From contig OZ244197.1 of the NCBI GenBank assembly GCA_965216785.1, positions 1,984,001-2,048,000 on the forward strand: 64,000 nt of DNA, read 5' to 3'. Made by a program: the position numbers and the translations under genes. A model generated the notes under the pieces. It was not told the origin of the DNA, made no database searches, and was given only the letters and a program-made list of their open reading frames with translations. This document shows positions 30,234-39,754 of this stretch, one piece after another (the first letter of the stretch is position 1; every line of letters begins with the position of its first letter). The stretch comes from Thermodesulfobacteriota bacterium (GTDB lineage Bacteria; Desulfobacterota_D; UBA1144; Nemesobacterales; UBA2774).

Positions 30234-30506
30234 ATGCCAGAACGAAATTATGAAAAAAAAATTACGAATTCGAAACACGTCAGACAGATTTTATCAAGAA
30301 CGCTTAACCAATTGATGAACGCTGAAATCGAACCTAAATTTGCGAATTCAATCGCAACGCTCTGCAACACAATGTTAAAAGTTCTTAGAGCGACAAATTT
30401 AGAGGAGAGAATAAATAGGTTAGAGGAAATACAAGGTTCAAAAGAGCCTAAAAGTTCCCCAGTCACTTCAGATATAAAACAGATGATTAAGGAGATGAGA
30501 AGTTGA
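30234..30506 (+). CDS. Small helical element-backbone protein
   Basis: AGGA RBS; ...LEERINRLEE coiled-coil end; overlapping operon with the next ORFs. Confidence 0.7.
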   Translation: MPERNYEKKITNSKHVRQILSRTLNQLMNAEIEPKFANSIATLCNTMLKVLRATNLEERINRLEEIQGSKEPKSSPVTSDIKQMIKEMRS

Positions 30507-30706
30507 GAGATTTAGAACGCAAGATGGAAAAGTTGGAGCAAATAAATACTTCAAACAACTTAGATCGTGAAGAGTTAGAAAAATATTTTGATTCAGAAAA
30601 CCTACATCCACTTGAGAGAACAGGGATTTTAATTAAGTTAGGATTGCTTGATAGTGAAACTATAATTGGTTGGATTGTAGAAGATAGTAAGTATGGAGAA
30701 AGATAA
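30503..30706 (+). CDS. Hypothetical protein (67 aa)
   Basis: Start overlaps previous stop, AAGGAG upstream. Confidence 0.55.
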   Translation: MRDLERKMEKLEQINTSNNLDREELEKYFDSENLHPLERTGILIKLGLLDSETIIGWIVEDSKYGER

Positions 30707-30866
30707 GACTCTAGAATATTTTATTAGAAAGTGTAAATGTGGAGAAGAAGTTAAAGCTCCTAGGGAGTATCCTGGAGATGATGCTATTAGGTTGTATCAA
30801 GTTTGTTGTCCGAAAGGACATCGTGCTTTTACTTTTGACTATATACTAATGCGATGGTGGAGATAG
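30693..30866 (+). CDS. Small zinc-ribbon-like protein (57 aa, not in ORF track)
   Basis: MEKDKTLEYFIRKCKCGEEV...VCCPKGHRAF...; overlaps the previous ORF end. Confidence 0.5.
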   Translation: MEKDKTLEYFIRKCKCGEEVKAPREYPGDDAIRLYQVCCPKGHRAFTFDYILMRWWR

Positions 30867-31093
30867 CTGAATATCCCTGCCCCCACAGGTTATCATAGTC
30901 TAATATAGGGATTAAATGACTTCAAATTACTTGTAATGAAGGGACACAAAATTCCTTTTTAGACTAAGGTCCTATTAAATAGGGCATGCCAAAACTTCGA
31001 ACGCATGGTTGCGAAGAATAAGTGAGAATATAAATTAATTACTAGACGGCTTCAGACATTTAATCTATATATACTATAAGGGGGTATTTAACT

Positions 31094-31417
31094 ATGTTAG
31101 GTATGAATATTACTTTCTGGATTGTAGTAGGAGTATGCTTACTAGTGTTACTGTTTTTAATAATAGCTCTAAAACATTCGCATACAAAGAGGATTCATCT
31201 ACAAAGTTACATAGTGTATTTACTGTTAGAAGATACTATTAGGCAAGATCACAAAAATAAATTTATAACCTATATAAAGGAACTTGATGAAAGCAATATA
31301 GAAAATATAGAGTTATTAGCCTCAAATGCTATTGAGGTTATGTCTGATGGCTTGGCTGAAGAAGGAAATTCACTTCTTGCCTCAAAAGCCATGTTGCTCA
31401 ATATTAATAGAGGTTAG
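31094..31417 (+). CDS. Single-pass membrane hypothetical protein
   Basis: N-terminal hydrophobic helix, GGGGG RBS-like. Confidence 0.65.
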   Translation: MLGMNITFWIVVGVCLLVLLFLIIALKHSHTKRIHLQSYIVYLLLEDTIRQDHKNKFITYIKELDESNIENIELLASNAIEVMSDGLAEEGNSLLASKAMLLNINRG

Positions 31418-31462
31418 TTACTTTCAACTACTAGAGAAAGAATTAATTAGACTGGATTACTA

Positions 31463-33265
31463 ATGGACAATGATACGTATAAACCTAGCAGTCTCATAAA
31501 GGTTTTATTAGTATCCTTAATAATTCCTACTATAGGTATTATTGTTAGCATCTTCATTCTCAAAGATATCAATAATAGTTTGGCTTCGCAGGAACTGACT
31601 GACTTATTTACACTTTGTAATGCTGTATATTCTGGACAGTATAACTTTGAAGGTATACAAGAATTCATCAACTATTGTGATGATACTCAAATAGTTAGGT
31701 TGTTATTAAAGGGAAGCTTATTAGCTTTTGCAATTGGCATATTTACACCTATTATTTTCTTTATATTCTCAAAGATTGCTGGAACTAATCGGAAAAGAAT
31801 AACTTCAATCTTCCCAAGTCTATTAACACTTTCGACAATTTTGCTTGCAATATCAATTGTTATACAAGGAGCGGTTCTAGTTGTGGGAATTTATTTAGCT
31901 GAATCATACTGGTTTGGCAGAGTACACATTTTTATAATTGGTGCTGTTGCTATAGGTGCCCTAATTGGAGCTATAAAACTTTTGGAATCATCTTTTTCTT
32001 TTGGTGGCAAACTCAAAACTACAGTGATAGGCAAAGGTTTAACTGATGAAGAAGCTCCAAAACTGTTTGGATTTATTAAAGAACTATCAAGCGAGCTAGG
32101 TTCCATTGCACCTAACAATATAATTATAGGTCTAGAACCCAATTTTTATGTTACTAGCAGCGATGTTTATCTAGCTAACGAACAGAAAAATTACTCAGGT
32201 GAGACACTTTATATATCATCAGCACTTGCTCGTCTACTGACAGTTGAAGAATTATCCGCAGTTATTGGCCATGAACTTGGTCATTTTAGAGGTGAGGACA
32301 CTAAATATTCAACTAAGTTTGCCCCCCTCTACGCTGGACTAGGTAATGCAATATTATCAATCTCTTCAGAAAATGAGGGTTCTAGTTCTTTAGCTAATTT
32401 ACCGGCTGTAACATTGCTATCGTATATGTATGATGTATTCAATAACAATGTCTCTACAATCAGTAGGGTTCGTGAATTTAAAGCAGATCAAGCAGGAGTT
32501 GAAGCCTCTAACGCTTTAGCTTTATCTACTGCTTTATTAAAGGTGTCTCTTTATGCTTTATTCTGGAATCATCTTAGACAACAAAATGTTGAAAAATTAA
32601 ACCAAGGCAAGGTAAGCAAGAATCTGGGTATCGTCTTCGAAGAATTTGTAAAGTATGGTATAGAAAGCCAGGACTTAGATAAGATTATCAATAGTATTAA
32701 AGATTTTGATATACCTCACCCTACCGATACTCATCCACCTGTTTCAGAAAGACTCTCCGAGATTGGTATAGATATAAATTCCATAGCAAAGGATATGTTA
32801 ACAACTCCTTCAGACTCTGCTTACAGTTTAATAGACAACTGTGAAGACTGGGAAGAAGAATTAACTGTATTTGAACATAAATTAATGTATGCATTAGGAT
32901 TAGTAGAGCACAAGAATGAAGAAAAGAAAGATGAAAATCAATTGCTAACAATAATGTATTGTTTGGCTGCAAAAATGATAAGTGCTGATGGTAAGATCGA
33001 AGAAAATGAAATAATAGTAGCAGAAGAAATTGGTAGACAACTATTTGAAGAATTTGATGCTACTGAGTTCCGTGAATATTGTAACAATCCAAATCGATTA
33101 CTAGATATACTAAGAATGTCTGCAGTACTAGCTGATATACTTGACGCTGATCAAAAAAATATCATCATAGATTATCTTCATTCTATAGCAAAAGCCGATG
33201 GCGAAGTTTCAATTGAAGAAGAGGAATTGTTATCTAAGATTAAAACAGCATTAATGATAATTTGA
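31463..33265 (+). CDS. M48 (HtpX-like) membrane zinc metalloprotease fused to a C-terminal TerB-like domain
   Basis: TM helices, HELGH, SRVREFKADQ, DTHPP..ERL; C-terminal ADGKIEENE...AKADGEVSIEE. Confidence 0.82.
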   Translation: MDNDTYKPSSLIKVLLVSLIIPTIGIIVSIFILKDINNSLASQELTDLFTLCNAVYSGQYNFEGIQEFINYCDDTQIVRLLLKGSLLAFAIGIFTPIIFFIFSKIAGTNRKRITSIFPSLLTLSTILLAISIVIQGAVLVVGIYLAESYWFGRVHIFIIGAVAIGALIGAIKLLESSFSFGGKLKTTVIGKGLTDEEAPKLFGFIKELSSELGSIAPNNIIIGLEPNFYVTSSDVYLANEQKNYSGETLYISSALARLLTVEELSAVIGHELGHFRGEDTKYSTKFAPLYAGLGNAILSISSENEGSSSLANLPAVTLLSYMYDVFNNNVSTISRVREFKADQAGVEASNALALSTALLKVSLYALFWNHLRQQNVEKLNQGKVSKNLGIVFEEFVKYGIESQDLDKIINSIKDFDIPHPTDTHPPVSERLSEIGIDINSIAKDMLTTPSDSAYSLIDNCEDWEEELTVFEHKLMYALGLVEHKNEEKKDENQLLTIMYCLAAKMISADGKIEENEIIVAEEIGRQLFEEFDATEFREYCNNPNRLLDILRMSAVLADILDADQKNIIIDYLHSIAKADGEVSIEEEELLSKIKTALMII

Positions 33266-33753
33266 TAGTAGAAGACTATTAATGATATTCACTGTACTGC
33301 TTCCCCACAGGTTATAAAAAACAAATTTTGCAAAATTATACTTCCGTATCTATATGGGATGACTCAATATCGTAGTTTAATCAATATAGCATTTTGTTTG
33401 AATGAACCTTGTCTATTATATATTCAGGGATAGTGGTCTCTTATATATATACATTTGCTACACCATCTATACTAAGCTCTATAAAGATCTAGAAAGTGTA
33501 GGAGAAGTAGATAAAAAAGAGATAGGCAAAAGGACCTTTAATTTCTTATAGTAGTAAAACGCCCTTGCGCTAATATAGAAGTGATTTTAGTTTAAAAGTG
33601 TTTAGGAGAAAAATACTTTAAGATATATTCATAGATATGTACTGGAACCCTAGGACTGTCGAGTTTATGTAAGAGTTGATTTTCAAGCTTAGTTTGTGAT
33701 ATAGTCGAGTTATTATTGAGTTATTCGATTATTTTTCGGGATTTGGGTTAAGG

Positions 33754-34485
33754 ATGAGAAATACATTAATACTGATAGTGGTCGCTACTCTATTGTCTTG
33801 TATAACACATATATCGGCACTATCTGACGAAACTGAAGTTCCTCAGGAAATTATTAAAGTCGTGTCTGGTATCTGTAAAGGAGATATTGAATGCAATATA
33901 GAGGAGTGTGATAAGTATTATTCAGATAATTTAGATAAAAAGGATAAGTGCTCAAAAGAATCTTTAAATTTCTATGAACAATCTAAAGAGCAAACGAAAG
34001 ACACTCCAGAAACTCCTGAACAGAAAGAATACACAGATTCAAAGTGGACTGTTGACCGTTCAAGCTCCAAGATGGATGACAGCAAATCAATAACTTTAAT
34101 GTTGAATGCTGAGAACTCAATAACAGACTGGGTCAACCAACAAACCACTCCTATATTAATCATTAGGTGTAGGGAAAATAAAACAGAGTTAGTTGTATAT
34201 ACAGGTATGTCTGCAAATCCAGAATATGGGTTATATGGAGAGAGTTCGGTAAGAGTCAGGTTAGATGACAATAAAGCTCAAAAACAACGTTGGAGCGAAT
34301 CAACCAGTAATAAGGCACTGTTTGCACCAAAGCCAATAGAACTAGCAAAGAAGATAAACAAATCCCAGAAGATGCTCTTTGAATTTGTCCCATATCAACA
34401 AGGATCAACGTTAATAGAATTTGATGTTAGGGGATTAGACCCATATTTAAAGGAACTTTCAGAAACCTGTAATTGGAAGCTGTAG
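33754..34485 (+). CDS. Secreted protein with VasI-like (T6SS-associated) C-terminal domain
   Basis: Signal peptide; W.V..S.S.MDDS, P.LIIRC.ENKT, W..S....ALF, FD..GL...C.W pattern. Confidence 0.6.
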   Translation: MRNTLILIVVATLLSCITHISALSDETEVPQEIIKVVSGICKGDIECNIEECDKYYSDNLDKKDKCSKESLNFYEQSKEQTKDTPETPEQKEYTDSKWTVDRSSSKMDDSKSITLMLNAENSITDWVNQQTTPILIIRCRENKTELVVYTGMSANPEYGLYGESSVRVRLDDNKAQKQRWSESTSNKALFAPKPIELAKKINKSQKMLFEFVPYQQGSTLIEFDVRGLDPYLKELSETCNWKL

Positions 34486-34531
34486 TTCAATTTAGTTGAA
34501 GTAATTTTATAAGTTGATTGGAGGAATTTAT

Positions 34532-35164
34532 ATGGCTGCTAAAGTCTTCTACACTGTATTCTTCTTATGCCTTATATCTGTAGCTACTTCAATTCCCAAT
34601 ATTGCTCAAGATAATTCTAAGACACAATGCAAAGGATTGCAGACTAATGAAAGGATAAGCGCACTTGGGTTAGAACTTGGAATGTGCATTGATGATGTGA
34701 TAAGTGAATACTCAAAGCATAATACAAATTCACTAGGAGAAAACAAGAGTAGCTTGCCCAATATTAAGTTATATACTGTAGGGTATATTGGTAAACCACC
34801 ACCTGAAAAAGAAGATTTGTTTAGTTCTAATGTATTGCTAACTTTTTATCATGATACTCTCATAAAATTTAGTGGAATATTTTATTACAAAAATTCAACT
34901 AGCAATAAGTGGGCCTTTGAGACGTTAAATGATGTACTTTCTAATAAGTATGGTGCTGGTGAATACGATAAATCATATCAACTTAGTGGTAAGACTTATC
35001 AATATTCTAAATTTTGGGTTAGTAGAGGAACTCAAATACATTTGGAGATTAAACCAAAGTACCCTCAAGCCTTAAATATTGTTTATGTTAACATAGATAA
35101 GTATCAAAAAATCTTAGAAGAAGAAGAAAAAAGTCAATTAGAAAAATATGGTGAAGGCTTTTAG
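34532..35164 (+). CDS. Secreted hypothetical protein
   Basis: Signal peptide, GGAGG RBS. Confidence 0.65.
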   Translation: MAAKVFYTVFFLCLISVATSIPNIAQDNSKTQCKGLQTNERISALGLELGMCIDDVISEYSKHNTNSLGENKSSLPNIKLYTVGYIGKPPPEKEDLFSSNVLLTFYHDTLIKFSGIFYYKNSTSNKWAFETLNDVLSNKYGAGEYDKSYQLSGKTYQYSKFWVSRGTQIHLEIKPKYPQALNIVYVNIDKYQKILEEEEKSQLEKYGEGF

Positions 35165-35233
35165 TTGAAACATCGGGTTTCTGAAGAGGCTTTTGGGAAA
35201 CGATGAGATTAATAGTATATACAGAGGGGTAAA

Positions 35234-36019
35234 GTGAGAATAGTTGTAGCAATTATTCTAGGTATTATGGGCGGCTTTCTAGTATATTTTGAACTAGCTA
35301 TGCTATTCACCAAAATGGGTGAAATGCCTTCAAGTATATTTGTTGGAGTGACATTTTTCGGAGGTTGGGTAGTTACTTCTTATTTGATGGTTAAGGGTAC
35401 TAAGACGGTCACAAAAGTTATTTCTAGGGGATTTTTAATTGGAGCAGCACTTTGGTTAGCTCTGATTCCTGTTGGAATTATTTATACTGGTAGTGTAATA
35501 GGAGAGTTGGACCCTAAATCTGATGCTGAACTTGTTGGAGCTACATTGGGTGGTGGAATTATAGGATTGTTAACTGGTGGAGTTGCCATAGGTATGGCAT
35601 TGGTCTGTTTAATTGGATTTGCGGTAAGTTATTCTCTAGGTCGTGAGATGAAGCCAGAAGTGGACGAAGATACTATGAAATGCCCTTTTTGTGCAGAACT
35701 TATCAAGAAAGAAGCTAAAAAATGTAGATATTGCGGGACTGAACTTAATGTGCAAATTGAATCCAATAACGACAACTCAGTACAACAATATGTTGCAAAT
35801 TCTAGCTCATACGAAAAAGCTAAAGTATCATGGTCAAGCACAAAACTGAGAAGTGAACCAGATGCTAAGTCAAATATTATTGTGCATCTTGATGAGGGAA
35901 CTAAGGTTGACATAATCGAAGAAACGAATGATTGGTATCATGTTAAAAATTCGGAAATGGATATTGATGGTTGGCTTTGGAAAAATTCGATTGAAATAAT
36001 ATTAGACAAAAATGTGTAA
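35234..36019 (+). CDS. Membrane protein with zinc ribbon and C-terminal SH3b domain
   Basis: Four TM helices, CPFCAE.IK.EAKKCRYCG, LRSEP...I...L..G..V.I......WY.V....GW. Confidence 0.8.
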   Translation: MRIVVAIILGIMGGFLVYFELAMLFTKMGEMPSSIFVGVTFFGGWVVTSYLMVKGTKTVTKVISRGFLIGAALWLALIPVGIIYTGSVIGELDPKSDAELVGATLGGGIIGLLTGGVAIGMALVCLIGFAVSYSLGREMKPEVDEDTMKCPFCAELIKKEAKKCRYCGTELNVQIESNNDNSVQQYVANSSSYEKAKVSWSSTKLRSEPDAKSNIIVHLDEGTKVDIIEETNDWYHVKNSEMDIDGWLWKNSIEIILDKNV

Positions 36020-36164
36020 AGTGTAGGAGATGTGGATAAAAAGTTATAGAGTCATAATATGATCGAACCTGAGGCTGATAGCAGCTATAACTAAGAATGT
36101 CTGTAGTAACTAATAATTTTTATTTGTAGCATTATAGGAACTATTCATTGTAAATAAAAGGGGA

Positions 36165-37508
36165 TTGATTATGAACCATATACAGAGCTCAAAAATTTTT
36201 TTTGGCCTTTTAAATCTAATGGTACTTTTTGTTTCTGTGTTTCTTATTCTCAATCAAACCACTCAGGCGCAACAGATTGTTTGTCCTGAAAACTTAATAG
36301 AACAGATTACAAATGACCCAGATGACGTAAGTGAGAGACCTTCGATTAGCGCTGATGGAAATCATATTGCTTTTGATTCAACAGCTAATTTCAATGGTGG
36401 TAATCAAGACGGAAATAACGAGATATATATTTTCAATACTTTAACTGGCATGTTCACTCAGATAACGGATGAAACATCTGGAATTAGTATAGATGCTTCT
36501 GTAAATGCCAACGGAACACGTGTTGCCTTTGAATCTACAGAGAACATAAACGGTGGTAATCCCGATCAAGGAACTGAGGTATTCCTTTTTGATACTATAA
36601 CGGGTGTATTTACACAGATAACAGATGGACCCGATGTCTTTGTGTTTAGTGCTGACGCTTCCATAAACGCAGATGGCACTCGAATTGCTTTCCGTAGCGA
36701 TCTAGATATTACTGGGGGTAACCCTGAAGGGAATCCCGAAATTTATCTTTTTGATACAACTACAGCGACATACATGCAAGTAACTAATGAGATCATGGGC
36801 TTTAGTATTGAACCATCTATAAACGCAGATGGAACACGCATTGCATTTGAGTCCACTGCTAATATCAACGGCGGTAATCCTGAAGAAAATACTGAATTAT
36901 ATCTTTACGATTCAACGGCGGGAATAATAACCCAAATTACTTTTGGGACTGTGGGGTCTAGCGGTGACGCTTCTATAAATGCGGATGGTACACGTGTTGC
37001 TTTTCGTTCTAACTTAAACATTAATGGCGGGAATCCTGATAATTCTGATGAGATTTACATCTTTGATACAACGACAGGAACATTCACACAGGTAACGAAT
37101 GAAACAGGGTTTAACGGAGACCCTTCAATAAATGCAGACGGCACACTTGTTACTTTTCAATCTAGTTCAAACATTAACGGTGGAAACCCAGGGGTAATTA
37201 TACAGATATACCTATTTGATTCAACAACAGGCATAATTACACAGATAACGAATGAGACCTCCATCGGAAGTTTGTTTCCATCGATAGATGCAAATGGTTC
37301 ACGTATAGCTTTTGAGTCTGCTGAAAACATTAACGGTGGGAATCCTGATGGATTCTCTCAAATTTACCTTGCGCATTGTTTTGACCCTACTAAAACTAGG
37401 AACATTCCAACATTGAACTTTGTAGGTATTGTAACACTTTCAGGAATTTTAGGGATAATAAGTCTGTTTGCAATACGTAGAAGGAAATCGGTATATAGGT
37501 ATATATGA
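36165..37508 (+). CDS. TolB-like beta-propeller repeat protein with IPTL-CTERM sorting signal
   Basis: About 8 repeats of SINADGTRIAF.S..NINGGNP..EIYLFD.TTG..TQIT; C-terminal RNIPTL + TM + RRRK. Confidence 0.85.
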   Translation: MIMNHIQSSKIFFGLLNLMVLFVSVFLILNQTTQAQQIVCPENLIEQITNDPDDVSERPSISADGNHIAFDSTANFNGGNQDGNNEIYIFNTLTGMFTQITDETSGISIDASVNANGTRVAFESTENINGGNPDQGTEVFLFDTITGVFTQITDGPDVFVFSADASINADGTRIAFRSDLDITGGNPEGNPEIYLFDTTTATYMQVTNEIMGFSIEPSINADGTRIAFESTANINGGNPEENTELYLYDSTAGIITQITFGTVGSSGDASINADGTRVAFRSNLNINGGNPDNSDEIYIFDTTTGTFTQVTNETGFNGDPSINADGTLVTFQSSSNINGGNPGVIIQIYLFDSTTGIITQITNETSIGSLFPSIDANGSRIAFESAENINGGNPDGFSQIYLAHCFDPTKTRNIPTLNFVGIVTLSGILGIISLFAIRRRKSVYRYI

Positions 37509-37651
37509 AACAGGATATTACTATGATCGACCCAGAGCTGATAGCGGCTATTTTAAAAGAAATTGAAAAGTCAGAAGAGAAAGAAGAATTAAGTGAAGAG
37601 CTAGATTCTGATATAAGTAACGATCATAAATCTGAAGATGAAAATAATTAG
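37505..37651 (+). CDS. Small acidic peptide with repeated MIDxELIAAIL motif
   Basis: ATGA overlap with previous stop; paralog at 38514. Confidence 0.45.
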   Translation: MKQDITMIDPELIAAILKEIEKSEEKEELSEELDSDISNDHKSEDENN

Positions 37652-37764
37652 TCCTTCTTGTAAATTATCGAAATTTTGTAAAAATTCCCCCTCGTATCAA
37701 TATAGGATTGCAGTATTCATTTCTTGATATAAAAATGCATTTTTGTTTGAATGAACCTTCTCTT

Positions 37765-38013
37765 TTACTTCTTAAAGTAGTAAGACTCAACACGCTTTAT
37801 AAAAACACTAGGCTTTACATCTAATCCTTTAGCTATCTTGAAGATAGTATCAATGCTGGGCTGTCTTTTCTTGCCTTCTAAAAAAGCTATATATGTTGGA
37901 TGAAGTTTAGCTCCATAAGCCACTTGCTCTTGAGTCAACTCCTTTTCCAGACGGATAGTTCTTAATGCCCTTGCAAAAGCTGAGACCAGATTTTTATTTT
38001 TACGGCTAGCCAT
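37765..38013 (-). CDS. XRE-family HTH regulator (controller-protein-like)
   Basis: LRTIR....LTQEQVA...LHPTYI..LE...RQPSI..I.KIA.GL. Confidence 0.85.
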   Translation of the reverse strand: MASRKNKNLVSAFARALRTIRLEKELTQEQVAYGAKLHPTYIAFLEGKKRQPSIDTIFKIAKGLDVKPSVFIKRVESYYFKK

Positions 38014-38151
38014 ATTTAATCTATTCCTTAACTTGTAATAATCTGGTATGATCCTGACTAGCACCATAGACTACATATCAAGTTATAAAATTTGTCTAAG
38101 GGGAATATTTTGACTATTAAGTGTGTTGGATCTCAATTAGGGGGTATACAA

Positions 38152-38499
38152 ATGCAAAAGATATTACTCTTTGGGATGTTGACGGTTTTCTTAGTAACTG
38201 GATGTATATATAGCAATCAAGTAGATAGAGAAGCCTATCTTGAGAAGAATCAACATTTACCTGAAAAGACAAAAACAGCAGTTAGAAATAAGAAGATATT
38301 TGTGGGAATGGACTTAGCATCAGTTATAGCCTCATGGGGCTACCCTCAAGACAGTTCAAAGTCTGTGGGTAGATATGGAAATTATATGCATCTGCGTTAT
38401 CAGCGTCTTATTAGTGGTGTATGGAGAACATATGCATCAGTTGCTTTAGAGCAGGATGGATTTGGTGTATGGAGAGTCACTAGAATATCTCAAAGGTGA
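38152..38499 (+). CDS. Lipoprotein
   Basis: MQKILLFGMLTVFLVTGC lipobox; GMD...V..SWG.P. Confidence 0.75.
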   Translation: MQKILLFGMLTVFLVTGCIYSNQVDREAYLEKNQHLPEKTKTAVRNKKIFVGMDLASVIASWGYPQDSSKSVGRYGNYMHLRYQRLISGVWRTYASVALEQDGFGVWRVTRISQR

Positions 38500-38513
38500 A
38501 ATTTAGGTAAAAA

Positions 38514-38615
38514 ATGATAGACTCAGAGCTGATTGCAGCAATTTTAGAAGAAATAGAAAAGCTGGATAAGGAAGAAAATTACCCTAAAAGTATAGATATA
38601 CTAATTGATATTTGA
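38514..38615 (+). CDS. Small peptide, paralog of the 37505 ORF
   Basis: MIDSELIAAILEEIEK vs MIDPELIAAILKEIEK; AGGT RBS-like. Confidence 0.45.
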   Translation: MIDSELIAAILEEIEKLDKEENYPKSIDILIDI

Positions 38616-38631
38616 TCATGTAAATTTGGAT

Positions 38632-39549
38632 TTACTTTTTATTTGCATTATATGATTGTCTTATCAAAGATAATATATATTCAAAGTTCTCATCGTCTGT
38701 AATTCTTACCTCATAGTCTCCATTCCCCCAATGACCTATATTTGTGACATTTCTTGCAATTTTTTTAGGGTCATCCAATTCTCCATCACTCAGATTTAAA
38801 AAGCACCTTAATGCATTCCGCTGAATTACAATATCTATGATATTGGTTGTACCTATGAAAGCTAAATATAATTTTTTAGGTTTAAGATCAATATCACCCA
38901 TACTTAGTATTGCTGTTTTTAATTTTTCATAAAGCTCCAGACTTTCTACAGAGCCTAGTTCTAAATGTTCATTTTCTGTATAAATCTTGATTTCCTTGCT
39001 GATTTTTTCATAGGATTTCTCTTGATTGCTGATCGTCTTAACGCTTTCTTGGGCCTCTATAGGTTTAATTTGATGATATACAACTACCCCATTTTCATAC
39101 TTCTTAATTTCCCATAATTCAATAGGTAAATCTTTGAAGTTTATTGATGCTTTTTGGTAATTTGTATATGAAGGGGAGATGAATATTACTTTAGATTGGG
39201 ACCACTCTATATCGTCTCTTTTTAACGTTTTTGATTTTCCTTCGTTGTACTCCAATATAAAGTCTGCTTTGTTGTTGAGCATCAAAGAAAGATAAGCAAA
39301 ACCTTGGTCAATCACGCTGAAATTTCTATCTTTCTTATACTCTATTATAACAAATGACCATGATTCATTATCGAAGGCAAGGGTATCAATTCTAAAATTC
39401 GTCAAAGAAAATTCATTCCGAACTAATTCTAACCCAAATATTGATCCTAGATTTTGTTCAGTAAGCTTTTGAATATCCTTTTCTAATTTAAACGTCTCTT
39501 CTTTTATGAGTTGTAACTTGTGCTTGTTCAGTAGCTTGAATGTTGGCAT
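38632..39549 (-). CDS. PD-(D/E)xK (NucS/DUF91-like) nuclease fused to DUF5655-like domain
   Basis: LEKDIQ, RIDTLAFD, FVIIEYKK, IDQG..Y; C-terminal GHWGNGDYEV. Confidence 0.78.
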   Translation of the reverse strand: MPTFKLLNKHKLQLIKEETFKLEKDIQKLTEQNLGSIFGLELVRNEFSLTNFRIDTLAFDNESWSFVIIEYKKDRNFSVIDQGFAYLSLMLNNKADFILEYNEGKSKTLKRDDIEWSQSKVIFISPSYTNYQKASINFKDLPIELWEIKKYENGVVVYHQIKPIEAQESVKTISNQEKSYEKISKEIKIYTENEHLELGSVESLELYEKLKTAILSMGDIDLKPKKLYLAFIGTTNIIDIVIQRNALRCFLNLSDGELDDPKKIARNVTNIGHWGNGDYEVRITDDENFEYILSLIRQSYNANKK

Positions 39550-39754
39550 TTTAAAAGTTGTAAGATTCTATGGTTCTTTTTATATCATATTTGATCATCA
39601 TAATTCAAGACCATAAATAACTATATTGGAGTGTCTCTTCTTCTGCTACATTTGCTACACTATCTACACTGAGCTGTGAAATGGTGTAGTTAGTGTAGAA
39701 AGGGGATTCCTTTATTGTGTTGAAATAATGAGATAGAATGTTATCTAACTAGAT

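Noticed and set aside
33754-34485. Type VI secretion system
   Set aside because: Only a lone VasI-like domain; no tss structural genes in the window.
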